From Octopus sinensis (lineage: Eukaryota): DNA of 64,000 bases. The notes below the pieces were generated by a model. That model made no database searches and was not told the origin of the DNA. It was given only the letters and a program-made list of their open reading frames with translations. Made by a program: the position numbers and the translations under genes. The DNA lies in the NCBI RefSeq assembly GCF_006345805.1, contig NC_043003.1, forward strand, positions 98,642,001-98,706,000. Reading direction: 5' to 3'. This document shows positions 37,861-51,599 of this stretch, piece by piece; positions within the stretch are counted from its first letter, which is position 1; each line of letters begins with the position of its first letter.

Positions 37861-38477
37861 CAACCTCGCATTAACTCATATAGATTCAGCTTTTTTACAT
37901 ACTGAGTCATGCTTAATGTGCCTGAGAGTTACTTTTTTTGTTGATAATTGATAACTTTCATTCAGGGGCTATGTATACAATATTTGGTAGCTGAGAAATA
38001 TCTAAAATGACTTGACTGACTGTCTCATGGTCCCAGCAGGCAAAAAGGGAAATGCGTTACCCCAGAGGACGGCGACAAAGATGCGCTGGAACAGACATTC
38101 TGCCTCAGGGGGCTTGCACTTGTGCATAACTATCATTGCCCCAATAGCGGTAGGCAGGCTATATGGACGGATGGAGTATGGGGAGGAGAACACCGGAGTT
38201 TCTACTGCCACAGGCCCGACCATAAACCTGATAGAGAGCGATCGAAAAGTTTGCGTGTCTGTGGAATTATCAGCCACACAAATACGTTAATTCAAGAGCA
38301 AGTTATAAATCATCTACTCTTCGATTCGGGCAGCTGAATCCCGTAAGTGAACGGCAGAGATTCACCGTCATTTGTGTATGTGTGTGTGTGCGTGCGTGCG
38401 TGCGTGTGCGTGCGCGCATGCGAATGACATATAGTTAACTCTGAGTTAACATTATACAGTAAAGCAAGCAAGCAATA

Positions 38478-38880
38478 GGCGCAGATGTGGCTGTGTGGTA
38501 AGTTGCTTGCTAACCAACCACATGGTTCCGGGTTCAGTCCCACTGCGTGGCATCTTGGGCAAGTGTCTTCTACTATAGCCCCGGGCCGACTAATGCCTTG
38601 TGAGTGGATTTGGTAGACGGAAATTGAAAGAAGCCTGTCGTATATATGTATGTATATGTGTGTGTATGTGTTTGCGTTTGTGTTTGTCCCCCTAGCATTG
38701 CTTGACAACCGATGCTGGTGTGTTTACGTCGCCGTCACCTAGCGGTTCGGCAAAAGAGACCGATAGATTAAGTACTGGGCTTACAAAGAATAAGACCTGG
38801 GGTCGATTTGCTCGACGAAAGGTGGTGCTCCAGCATGGCTGCAGTTAAATGACTGAAACAAGTAAAAGAGGAAAAAAGAG
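38478..38880 (+). mobile_element. Full-length OR-type SINE
   Basis: Same head, core and tail as 33557-34032. Confidence 0.9.
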
Positions 38881-39607
38881 TAAGTTGACTTTAATTAGAA
38901 ATTAGCGTTGATAATAATTATAAGTAGTGTCCTTGACAATAATAATTACTTATCTTGATATTCACATATATTATTATGAAAGGTAAGACAAATAATTGAT
39001 CTTTCAATAAATTTTAGATTTCAAAATCTATTTTAAATCTATTTTAAAACTTAATTTTAAAAATCAATTTGGATTCCGTTGTTCCACCAGCCGGTAGATT
39101 AATCGTCATTAAAGCTAGTATATGTTTTGACTATTCATTAAATATTTAATTTAAGTAAATGAAGACATACTTTATATGAAATACGTTAATCCCCATGTCC
39201 CGTATGTCAATATTAATCTGTTTTCCCGTTCAATCAATTATATCGATCTATGCAGTGCGAACCAGTGACTAAATGACAAATGAATCGGAAAGAACATGAA
39301 GAAAATAAAATTAGTCAGTCACTCAACGTATGAGTTTTGTTTCTGTAGTAATATCAATAGTAATGTGAGCAACGTTTGTTGCTGCTACAAGTTAGTATTA
39401 TATTCCCTCGTTTCCATAACCTAGTCAAAACAAAGAGATCTTTTATTACCAAACAAGCTTTCCCTTTATTGTTGGTATTAGTCTTGTTATTTTAGTATTT
39501 TGACCCACTGATTAATTTCAATCACTACAGTCACTATACTGGCCACTTTGCTCTGTAAATATCACCGTTGTCATACTAAGTGAACCTTATCAGTTATACA
39601 AGAAATA

Positions 39608-39735
<128 letters not shown>

Positions 39736-39736
39736 A

Positions 39737-40025
39737 GGAGCATTCCGTCGCTTACGACGACGAGGATTCCAGCTGATACGATCCACGGAATAGTCTGCTC
39801 ATGAAATTAGCGTGCAAGTGACTGAGCCATCCACAGACACCGGGACCGCTAACGTAGTTCTCAGGGAGATTCAGCGTGACACAGTATGACAAGGCCAGCC
39901 CTTTGAAATATATGTACAACTCATTTTTGCCAGCTGAGTGGCCTGGAGCAACGTGAAATAAAGTGTCTTGCTCAAGGACACAACGCGTCGCCGGGAATCG
40001 AATGCCCTAACTACTAACCCACGCT
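39737..40025 (-). mobile_element. Third tRNA-SINE family (gtgtccttgagcaagacac central domain)
   Basis: Reverse complement ..ttcgattcccggcgacgcgttgtgtccttgagcaagacactttatttcacgttgctccag..cctcgtcgtcgtaagcgacgg. Confidence 0.7.
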
Positions 40026-40058
<33 letters not shown>

Positions 40059-40354
40059 CTAGGGTGTTAGAAACACCTAAATTGCTAGAAATAAGAGCGA
40101 AAATTCTATGATGCTGTAGTCTGTTTATTTATCTATAAACACAAGACTTTCTTTATTGTTTCCCATTTGAGCATGTAGTATTATATTGACTCGTTATAAA
40201 TCTAATAATGTGTAATAAGGAGTCGCAGAACACGTATTTTCATCTTGACTCATATCATAAATTTCTTATTAATTCTGCTAATAAAATGTTCAACCGTTTA
40301 AAACTGTGTTTTGCTTCAATAACCACACACAATTCAACATAGCGAAGGGGGAAT

Positions 40355-40402
40355 GTCGCTTAGCATTTCGTCCAGTGTGCTAACGATTCTGCCAGCGCGC
40401 CG
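40355..40402 (-). mobile_element. OK-like SINE head fragment
   Basis: gcttagcatttcgtccagtgtgctaacgattctgccagc. Confidence 0.7.
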
Positions 40403-40491
40403 ATAACAACAACAACAACAACAGAAACAACAACAACAACAACAGGAACAACAGGAACAACAGGAACAACAACAACAATAATAATAATAAT

Positions 40492-40530
<39 letters not shown>

Positions 40531-40531
<1 letters not shown>

Positions 40532-41032
40532 TGCCCTGATGCAGTACCAGGCAGTGGCTCTCATGGCTTCTGATCTTAACTGATTGGAAGTGTTATCATG
40601 TACATTTTGTCTTGGTATAAAAAAATGGGCTACAGCAAATATTCTGCTCAATACCACAGATTTGCTTGTCAGTTGTTTGACCTTAATCAGTTGACCTTGG
40701 TGGCTGACGATATGTGCACGAGCTGAAGTAGTGGGGGAGCAAAATAGCCATGTGTTGAGAAGAAGACTTTGGGATTTGGATAATTCACCTCTGGAAACAT
40801 GGGTGTTTCGTTCAACATCCTTAAACAGCCCTCAACCAGGGACCTTTTGAGCGGAATGGGCTACTCGAACTGAAGACAATTCTAACTGGGTCCCATCTGC
40901 AAGGTCATGCTCGCGCACATATGGTTGTGATGCATGTACCTGGTGTACCCTTATCAGTCATGATGGATATACTGGGCTTCGTATATTTTACTCCTGTGTC
41001 ACTTTGATGGCATGCACTGCTTTTTCACTCAC
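40531..41032 (+). mobile_element. Family D, longest copy, between (TAA)n tracts
   Basis: Starts atgccctgatgcagtacc directly after (AAT)n and ends cactcactaataata; no ORF and no tRNA head. Confidence 0.8.
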
Positions 41033-41309
41033 TAATAATAATAACGTTTATTTTATAAACACAAAAGCTGGTAAAAGTATCGAGGAGGGCACATGACCAT
41101 ACAATATGGGATTGCATAAAACATGTAAACAAGAAAAGAACTAACTAAAGCTAAAACAAATAAAAACTCAAAGAAAATTTCTAAAATGGGTGAGAATCTT
41201 CTGGTGCCTCGTCGTAGAAACCGACATAAAACCTTGGTTAACTTCATCACTAAAGCAAGCGTCATTTTCCAGCAAGTGTCACTGCTCAACTGATGCACAT
41301 TCTAACGAC

Positions 41310-41415
41310 CTTGACAGAATGAAATCAAAGTCGGATTCGGCGCAATTTGAACTCAGAAAGTAAAGACAAAAAGAAATTTCATCTGGTGCGGTAAGGATTC
41401 TGTTAGCACGCCGCT
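41310..41415 (-). mobile_element. OK-like SINE fragment
   Basis: gaatgaaatcaaagtcgg..atttgaactcagaaagtaaagac..ttctgttagcacgccgc. Confidence 0.6.
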
Positions 41416-41609
41416 TTAAATAGCAACACATGATAATAGGTGCCAGGCAAGATGAACATGCTCAGCCATGCCATGTATTTATATTTCTGGCAATGTTAGT
41501 TATGAGTGTATCCCTAATTCTGGCAATGTTCAACTATGCATGAATCAATATTTCTTGGAATGTTCAGCTATATCTGTATGTATATTTCTTGCAATGCTCC
41601 GCTCTCTCT

Positions 41610-41687
<78 letters not shown>

Positions 41688-41693
<6 letters not shown>

Positions 41694-41760
41694 GGAGAGT
41701 TCACGAAAAAAACAAAAGACGAAGACAGGTGATGTACAAAACAAACAGATGTATTATACA
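41688..41760 (-). mobile_element. PLE pLTR 3'-end fragment in (TA)n
   Basis: Reverse complement ..tgtttgttttgtacatcacctgtcttcgtcttttgtttttttcgtgaactctcccccta resembles the end of the 8018-8237 pLTR. Confidence 0.6.
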
Positions 41761-42041
41761 TATATTAAACTATGGTTGCAGAACAAAGAAATATAAGGTC
41801 ATCTACGTAACATTTCATATCTCGAACATTTAATCACATAATGCTTTTTCTTTCATATGGAATGTATATGCATAAAATCACGGAAGATGAAGCACAACTC
41901 ATCAATAGAAGCATATAAGAAAAATATAAGAAAAATGTGTGAATACAGTCCATCGCGGTTAAAAGTTAATGATTAATAATTTAGCGACTAAAAAATATAT
42001 AAACATTTTGTTCCTGATAAGAAACAATCACTTCATTATTA

Positions 42042-42082
<41 letters not shown>

Positions 42083-43379
42083 CGTGTGTGTGTGTGTGTG
42101 TATCTATATTTCTGAGAATGTTATTTATGCGTGAATCTATATTTCTTGAAATGTTCAGCAATACGTTTATCTACGATACTGACAATGTTCACCTATATGC
42201 ATGAAGAGCTTAGCGAAGAAAGGGCTCTGTCGCACTAACTTCCTTACACGATGATAACATCTTCGGTAGTGTTCCATACAACTTCTTGGATTACAAAGCA
42301 ATTAACATATACCGTTTGAATTGTCTCGGCCTCATTAACACAAAATTTCAGTGTTAACACTTGAAACGATGCATTTAATTTTCATATGTAAATTACTTAA
42401 TTAGTCAGTCGTATAAAGTTACTTTTTCTGACTCAAATTTCATAACCAGAACCCACCGCCACCACCCTAAGTCTGTGAAGGCTGTGACATTTTGAAAACC
42501 ATTTTAATTTGTAAATTATTATTAAGCCTTCTAAATTATAACATTCATAATCCAATTAAGTGTGTGAAAAAGCATCTTTGCTAAGGCGGAGTAATCACGT
42601 AATACACGTAAGCGAAAAAAACGAACTGCATCATTGCAGGTGTTAGGTTAACCGTCATCAGTATAATTGTATTTAAAGTAGTGAGATTGAAATAAGAGAG
42701 AGAGAGAGGGGGGTTGAGGGGGTAAGAGGGAGATACCAGAAAGACAGACAGAGAATAAAATACGAATCAAATACTGTCGATTGAATCTTTCAGGTTTCTT
42801 TAAGCAAGAGAATGTACTGCGCAATTATAATTCCTTGTAGAATATCCTTAATTCTGCTAGCGTTTTAAGGTCCGATGATGGTGCAAACCTAAAAGACTTC
42901 TGCATACCTGAGGGGAAATGCCACCACCACTCTAATTCTGCATTTTAAGTAACTGCTCAACTAATGCAACTCCATAACAGTTAATAACGCATTTGATCGA
43001 TCTCAGAAGCATAAGAAGAAGTTTTAGCCTGTCAAGCAGGATTCGACTTGAACGGAAAACAAATATTGTTGTGTCTTGTGAAGGTCATTACACTAATAAT
43101 ACAAAAACGAAGAAAACAAATAGAAGTTCTTTAAATGTATCGATACAAAATCTAAATATCTTTGTATGTATTTTTGGAAATGGGCAATAATTAAGTTGTA
43201 GCAATCAAATTCCCCAACATCATTAAAGTTATTGCGTCTAAGTCACAGTTTGCCGAAATCTGAAATCTCGCAATACTACACCTGACTAGCACATCCCCTA
43301 TATAGCCGTATTGCTTGATAGAAAAATCATATAAAACGTCTCTCGAAATCAAACAGGCCGTAATCTTCAGAACATGAGA

Positions 43380-43503
43380 ATACGAGGTGGTATCACAAAG
43401 TTCCTAGACTAGTTATGATTAATAAAACACAACCTGTTTACCAAACTTTTAACATCATGTCCTTCAAAATAGTTACTTTGAGTACAATACACCGGTCCCA
43501 GCG
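43380..43503 (+). mobile_element. Mariner-like terminal fragment
   Basis: TA+cgaggtggtatcacaaagttcc TIR-like start and caatacaccggtcccagcg subterminal motif. Confidence 0.45.
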
Positions 43504-43536
43504 TAACATTTGATATGTATAGTCCAAGATTATATA

Positions 43537-43927
43537 GGCGCAGAAGTGGCTGTGTGGTAAGTAGCTTGCTTACCAAACACAGGGTTCTGGGTTCAGTCCC
43601 ACTGCGTGGTACCTTGGGCAAGTGTCTTCTACTATAGCCTCAGGCCGACCAAAGCATTGTGAGTGGTTTTGGTTGACGGAAACTGAAAAAAGCCTATTGT
43701 ATATATGTATATATGTGTGTGTGTGTTTGTGTGTCTGTGTTTGTCCCCCTAGCATTGCTTAACAACCAATGCTGGTGTGTTTACGTCGCCGTCACTTAGC
43801 GGTTCGGTAAAAGCACCCGATAGAATAAGTACTGGGTTTACAAAGAATAAGTACTGGGGTCGATTTGCTCGACTAAAGGCGGCGCTCCAGCATACCCGCA
43901 GTCAAATGAGTGAAACAAGTAAAAGAG
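43537..43927 (+). mobile_element. Full-length OR-type SINE
   Basis: Same head, core and tail as 33557-34032. Confidence 0.9.
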
Positions 43928-44398
43928 TGTATATGAAAAATAAGAACGTTTGCAAATGAATGAAATTAGTGTTGACTTGGAGCTAAGCAAGAATTATTAA
44001 ATACCCTAAAATATTTAATCTAACTCCCCACCATTCTTTGTTGTCAAAAATTGACAAATAGCAAAAAATTGTGTATGAAAGAGGTGTGTAGTCAATTAAA
44101 CTCAAACATTGGCTAGGATAGGGATATCGTCCACGTTGCGTGGTAATATACATTAAAATATTATCATGAATTTATATTTATTTTTAATACATTAACGGCA
44201 TATTCTAACGTGAATATAAATATCGCTGTTGTATTTGGCCATTGGAGAACAGCTTTCAATCAAATGTGTTCACCATATACATGACGATTTATTATTAGAG
44301 AATCATCAAGCACCACATGAGTCACTGAAAGCCGACAGCTGTTTATTTGATACATATATTAGAGAAAACTCACTGTTACATACACACTTATATATATA

Positions 44399-44763
44399 CT
44401 AGCAGTATCGCCCGGCGTTGCTCAGGTTTGTAAGGGAAATAACTATAAAGCATTTTTAGAGAGTTATAGCCAAAAAATAGAAAAAAAATGATGGTAAATT
44501 TTTTCAGAGTTAAAAAAGGTGGAGTTGCATCCCCTAGACGGTCTGTGGTTGGGTTCTGATTCTCGACCCCATGTCGAATTTATCGATTTTTTTCAGAACT
44601 GGGGGAACTTTTCAAAATTTTCGCTGCGTTAGTTTTGAATTATGACATTGGGCTATGTGTGTGTCAAGTTTCATCAGAATCGGTTGAAAGCCGTGGTCAG
44701 GGTGAGGGTACGAGAAAACAGACACACAGAAAACGCACAGACAAACTGCCGTTTATATATAGA
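44399..44763 (-). mobile_element. Non-autonomous Helitron (3' end shared with 34487-34999, different interior)
   Basis: ctagcagtatcgcccggcgttgctc at the left end and tttatatataga at the right end. Confidence 0.8.
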
Positions 44764-44772
44764 GAGATATAA

Positions 44773-44805
<33 letters not shown>

Positions 44806-45556
44806 TGAGAGCGAGACAGAGAGACAGAAATATCTACTACTTATAATATAAATTTGTTTTCTGTAATTTGGTATCTTCTGTTCTATATACATACGAGTCC
44901 CCTGGTAAATATCATTGGTTCCATGGTCCCTAATCGACACCAAAATCAACCCTAATTATCAGTGTTTAAGTTTTATATTCAGAAAAAATAAAAACTAACG
45001 TCCAACCACAGCGGAATTCGACCTCAGAACATAACGGAATGTAACAAATTACTGTAGTCAACCATTAATAACAACAGCAGTCTGTGCCCACACAAGTAAC
45101 TTATAACTTATGCTTACTTCTATTAAAAATACAAACCGCAAATATTTACCACTAAAACTTGAAAGGCTGCGCAAAAGTACATTTATGTAAAAGAACATGA
45201 TATGTAAAACTGCATAGAAGTAAAAGTACATATATTGAAATAATTTCTAATTAAAGTAGTTAGAATACAGTTGTTAAAGATGTTTTTTTTTTTTTGAGAG
45301 TAATAGCATAATGATCCCACTCCAGCCTGGCCTTGAAGATTACTTCGAATCATTATATATGTTAAAAGTCTTCCATTTGTAAATTCTATATGCTATTATT
45401 ATAATGTCAAATCAGATATGGTGGCTTGGTGCTGGCTTATCATGAGTTGTAACTTCTTGTCTCGTGTCCGACAGATTGCCACATCGTAATTCGTTTTCAT
45501 TGAAAGGTATGCTAAACGGCTGAAGCATGGAACGCCAAGCTTAGAAAGCGTTCCGT

Positions 45557-45613
45557 ACATACATACATACATACATACATACATACATACATACATACAT
45601 ACATACATGTATG

Positions 45614-45647
<34 letters not shown>

Positions 45648-45675
45648 TGTATGTATGTATGTATGTATGTATGTA
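45557..45675. repeat. (CATA)n/(TATG)n inverted microsatellite pair
   Basis: Direct reading. Confidence 0.95.
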
Positions 45676-45714
45676 GTAGGATTCCGAGTTAGAAGGCGGC
45701 GAGCTGGCAGAATC

Positions 45715-46098
45715 GTCCCTGGCGATTAACCTGATTGATATGGAGTGATCGTTGTCAATCACGGCCTGAATCTCACCAACAAATTCAGGAGTTCTTTTTT
45801 TTATCAGAACGATCAGAGTGAGTTTTCTGAGCTGCCGTGCCTTCGTAAATCCCATTAGACTCATTCTACTCTTCCTGAATCCTCTGCACTGTGCTCAGAT
45901 TGTCGACCTAACACTCCGAAATGCTCGTATTGGAGCTTTCGACGCGAATGCTAGGCATGTCGTTTCCAAAATGCTGGCAGGGTGAATTGGGTCATAGTGC
46001 TGCTTTTCTCACAGACAGTGCGTAACTGACCCTGCTATACTGAGTAGTTGTGAAAATCAAAAACAAACAATGGCGACAATTTACCCATTGCACCCTAT
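45715..46098 (-). mobile_element. Tc1/mariner-superfamily (maT-like) 5' fragment with TIR and transposase start
   Basis: Reverse complement tatagggtgcaatgggtaaattgtcgcc TIR; MTQFTLP..WKRHA; YEGTAA..RSDKKRTPEFVGEIQAVIDND.SISIR.IARD. Confidence 0.7.
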
Positions 46099-46107
46099 AC
46101 TCTCGTT

Positions 46108-46521
46108 TTCTCTTTTACTTGCTTCACTCATTTGACTGCGGCCATGCTAGAGCACCACCTTTAGTCGAGCAAATCGACTCCAGGACATTCTTTGTAAGCC
46201 TAGTACTTATTCTCTCAGGCTCTTTTCCCGAAGCGCTAAGTTACAGGGACGTAAACAGTATCGGTTGTCAAGGGATGCTGGGGGAAAACACAGACACACA
46301 AACATACACACACACACACACATACACATACACACATATATATATATACACACATATACGACGGGGTTCTTACAGTTTCCGTCTACCATGTCCACTCACA
46401 AGGCTTTGGTCGGCCCGAGGCTATAGTAGAAGACACTTGCCCAAGGTACTATGCAGTGGGACTGAACCCGAAACCATGTGGTTAATAAACAAGCTACTTA
46501 CCACACAGCCACTCCTGCGCC
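46108..46521 (-). mobile_element. Full-length OR-type SINE
   Basis: Reverse complement of head, core and tail. Confidence 0.9.
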
Positions 46522-46523
46522 TA

Positions 46524-46622
<99 letters not shown>

Positions 46623-46639
46623 GGAGTTGAACGAAGATG

Positions 46640-47400
46640 TTAATAGAATTCCTTACTTCCGACATATGTTTCGAAGACAACATGGTTTTATTCCGAAGGA
46701 ATAAACGGTGTAAGATGCAATCTTCTCATCAGGAAAGAAAGAGAGCCTCTCTCAACAACATGACAATATAATAATTACGATGACTGCCTACATGATTAAC
46801 AAAACGTTAATAAGTGTTTAAAAAAACAGTTAGTAGAATTGACGTCAAAGTTAGATAGTAGGAATAGAAGGGTTAAAGGAATGATAAATAGGGAACAAAT
46901 AGAGAGGGAGGTGTACGTTGATTAAAAGAATGTTCAAAGGCTTAGGAAAGGATTTCTCTATTGAAGTGAAGTGCATGATATACTAATTGTTCAAACTATA
47001 ATGACTATCGAAATCATTTATATGAGTAAAAAGTATGTTTCTGCCAGTGTTTACATTTGTACGATTTCTCTATAAGTGTGTTTAGAAGGGAATCCTTAGA
47101 AAAGAGAATATGGAAGAGTTCAGAGTTGCAAATGTTACAAAATCTCCTGACCTTATCAAAAGGAAAGGATACAGACAGTATGAATCAATATTGTTGTCTT
47201 TAAAACGCCAAACTAATTTACTTAGCCCTGTACTGTGCCATTTTTTACAATCCCTAAATGATGAATAATCGCTTGAAATTTTCTTGGATAACTGGGAAGT
47301 GGACGCACCTATATAGAAGAAGACATCGGTAGCGGAAGAAATTTTACACTGGTATATAGAATTCTTAATCTTAGAATTATTAGACAAAAATTTAATTCTG
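46640..47400 (-). mobile_element. PLE 3' fragment (Naiad-like GIY-YIG C-terminus plus 3' UTR with hammerhead)
   Basis: NSIYQCKI..FYIGAST..SSF..STGLSKLVW..KDNNI, then PFDKVRRFCNICNSE..ILF..LLN..E..KCKHWQK* (stop at ~47014). Confidence 0.75.
46656..46737 (-). ncRNA. Type I hammerhead ribozyme, canonical core, long stem II
   Basis: ctttc-CTGATGA-GAAGA..(long insert)..TCTTC-GAAA-CA(ta)TG-TC-ggaag; GUC cleavage triplet; palindromic stem III ACATATGT. Confidence 0.75.
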
Positions 47401-47429
47401 TTGGGGTTTTCCTAAGAGATCGAAACGAA

Positions 47430-47624
47430 GTTTTTATTGCTATGAATATTATTATTATTATTATTACCACCACTAATAACACTATTCCTATTATTATTAG
47501 TATTATTATTGTTAATACAACTAATAATACTATCAATAATAATACCGTTATTATTATTATTATTATATTATTATTATTATTATATTATTATTATTATTAT
47601 TATTATTATGTCATAAAAGAATTA

Positions 47625-47659
<35 letters not shown>

Positions 47660-47868
47660 CATTATTATCACCATCACTATTACCATTACTATTATTATTA
47701 ATATTATTCTTATCAGGGTGGAATTATGCCTGCCTGATCTACAAAAAATATAACATTTAGCATTTTATGCATAGTAAAGAGACTTAACTTCACAATTGCC
47801 AAAGATGAAAATGTAGCTATCGATCTATTTTATTCAAATTAGGCACATCTCTGATATATGTATATATA

Positions 47869-47938
<70 letters not shown>

Positions 47939-48037
47939 GCACACACATAGACATTCTTATATACACATACATTACTAAATATATATAAATACATACATAT
48001 ACATGTATTTAGATATGTTCACGCATATATATATACG

Positions 48038-48071
<34 letters not shown>

Positions 48072-48115
48072 ATATATAATATATATATATATTATATATA
48101 TATATAATATATATA

Positions 48116-48165
<50 letters not shown>

Positions 48166-48190
48166 ATAATATATATATATATATATTATA
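47430..48190. repeat. (ATT)n and long (TA)n tracts
   Basis: Direct reading. Confidence 0.9.
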
Positions 48191-48898
48191 TTTACGTAGT
48201 ATGCATGTATAAAGTACGAGATTACTAGTAATGTAAAAACTACATTGCACTCTATCACATTACACTGCTACACTAATGTTCATTATCTTACACCGTGAAA
48301 GGAAACAGACGAAAGTAAAAGAAAAATGCAACTGCACTACCTTAAAGTTGGCATGTCTAAGTATTTCTTCTATATTCCATAAAAGGAGGATAAAAACCAC
48401 AAAACTGTAACCACAGTATAAAAAAAGCTAACTGTATCAGAATTGCAAAAAAAAAATTACGAAAAAAATAAAAAATGAAAATGTGCAACACACTTTAAAA
48501 TATACTCATCCATTATTTTTTTCTTCCGAGTCTATTGTTAATAACGATTTTATAATATTTATTTTATTATTTGCTCTATAATAGACAGGCAAAAAAGGAA
48601 AATGTCTTCTAATCTATAAATATATGTGAATTTAATGTGCAAAATGTCACCGAGTAAGAGGTGCATATACGTGAGCATACTCATTAACACACTGTACACT
48701 ACACACACACACACATTCTTATATACATATAATGTACTAAATATATATAAATACATACATATATATGCATTTAAATATGTTCACACATATATGTATATAT
48801 GTATATATATATATATATATGTATATCTTTATATTCATATATATATATATACTTATATTTTTACATACATACATACATACACACACACACATATATAT

Positions 48899-48947
<49 letters not shown>

Positions 48948-48950
48948 CAT

Positions 48951-48998
<48 letters not shown>

Positions 48999-49180
48999 CA
49001 GTCAGAAATTTAGATAATTCTTTATCAGTGCTTTTGTTCGTTTAACCGAATTCTTCAAGACAAAATTCAAAACCAAAACGGTTTTGAACCTAAAACCATT
49101 TTCAATATACAATTATCTGTATACCACTTCAAACATTCTATGCATACACACACACACACACACCACACACACACACACAC

Positions 49181-49212
<32 letters not shown>

Positions 49213-49248
49213 ACACACGCACACACACATATATATAAATATATATAT

Positions 49249-49545
49249 GGAGGCGCAATGGCCCAATGGTTAGGGCAGCGGACTCGCGGTTTCGATTCCC
49301 AGACCGGGCGTTGTGAGTGTTTATTGAGCGAAAACACCTAAAGCTCCAACAGGCTTCGACAGGGGGTGGTGGAGATCCCTGCTGTACTCTTTCGCCACAA
49401 CTTTCTCTCAATCTTTCTTCTTGTGGCCTGCTCGCTTAGCCAGCGGGGTGGCGTCATTTGAAGGCTAAAAAAATTGCGAAGCGCATTGTGACCAGCGATG
49501 TGTAGCAATATCTGGTAGTCTGGTCGGTCACGGTGATCACGGTGA
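49249..49545 (+). mobile_element. Fourth tRNA-SINE family
   Basis: ggaggcgcaatggcccaatggttagggcagcggactcgcg (A box) ..gtttcgattccc (B box); tail ggtcacggtgatcacggtga. Confidence 0.75.
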
Positions 49546-49567
49546 GATATATATATATATATTTATA

Positions 49568-49679
49568 TAGCGGTCCTTCAGGTTTTCTAAACCCTGTAAA
49601 AGAACTTCGAAGTTCGGGCCTCCAACCAGGCCTTTTGCGATACCCTTAAATCCGGGAACTTTTCAGCACCACCTCGCAT
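49568..49679 (-). mobile_element. Mariner-type MITE terminal fragment
   Basis: Reverse complement gcgaggtggtgctgaaaagttcccgg TIR-like end. Confidence 0.5.
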
Positions 49680-50389
49680 CTATTTTCCAGAAGCTCCAAT
49701 ACTGGTGAGGATAGGAAGGAAGCAGATTTTATTTATGAGTTGTTGTTTCTTAGATCCATGTGATATCTGATTAAGCCGACATTCCAGCTGTGAATATCCC
49801 GTTACTTTCCCAAAGATGAGGACGCTCAGGACCATATTATTCTTACATGTGCTTTTCTGAGACAATGGCTTGTGATTTGAGAGACGTTGGTTTCTATATT
49901 TGGTAAGTTAAAGTCCTGTTAAAACAGTAGGAATTATCGCGTGAAATTTTCGGTTTATGTTCAGGCTGGAGATTTGGCTGCTATATTTGCAACAGATGGA
50001 TTCCGGTAAAGGCATCCAAGGGCCATTTTGTGTCGCAAAACCGAGAGATGGGTTACGTACAGTAAGAACTAACAAGTACAATCACTCCAAAGAAATTCTA
50101 CATAATTTTCATCAATACTATATCTTCCATAAGGCTTACCGTGACCCGATGCTTCAGCAATGGGAGCTCGAGCACAGAGCCACAAGGTTCCTCAAACCTG
50201 AAACATAGATCTCATAGCTGCAGTAGTTTTTGTTTACAAATGTAACAAAAGGTTAAAATTTCACATTTCTTAGAAGTTGAGGTGGTGTATAGTGAGGTCT
50301 TAGCTTGATGGATTTTATGTAGACATAAATATGGTCTCATATTTTCTTTTCTCTATCTCCTGCTCTCTCCAACTCCTACTCTATCACGC

Positions 50390-51060
<671 letters not shown>

Positions 51061-51599
51061 GAGAGCTCCGGGCTGAATAACAACATGGATGTTCCCTGGG
51101 AGCCTCTCTCCAAAAAACGAATTTAATCCAACAACATCGTTGCAATGGAAGAAAGGTTCCACAAAATATCTTTTCCAAATGTTCTTTTAAGGCAAAGTAA
51201 CTAAAAAGTCCGAACTATTATTGCCATATATAGTATGGTTTTCTTTCTTTTATGCATAATATTTCCATGTGACATGCATAAGAAATAGAAGCGAACATCA
51301 GAGCTCTTGAAAGACAGTAAGTACATAAATTGATTAATTAATTAATTAATTAAATAAGTATACATGCAACTGTTTATGCATACACGTAGACATTTTAATT
51401 GTAAAGTATACAAGCAAATGTTTGTGCATACATGTACACATTTTAATTATAAAGCATAAATAATGCTTACACGCGCTCACACGTACACACAGAAAGAAAA
51501 ACCACGTTACCGGACGAAAACAAAACAAAAACAAAGCGATTTTTCACGAACAAACGAAAAAAAGAGCAAATTGGTCACTGAATTTAGAAAGTCACTGAA

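Noticed and set aside
38025-38040. catggtcccagc identical to part of the HDV genomic ribozyme
   Set aside because: The remaining P1/P3/P1.1/P4 elements cannot be formed; a chance 12-mer.
49965-50010. Apparent micro-exon AGDLAAIFATDGF between AG and GT
   Set aside because: gagatttggctgcta resembles a recurrent old-repeat motif (related strings near 13.2, 15.9 and 40.1 kb); no independent support.
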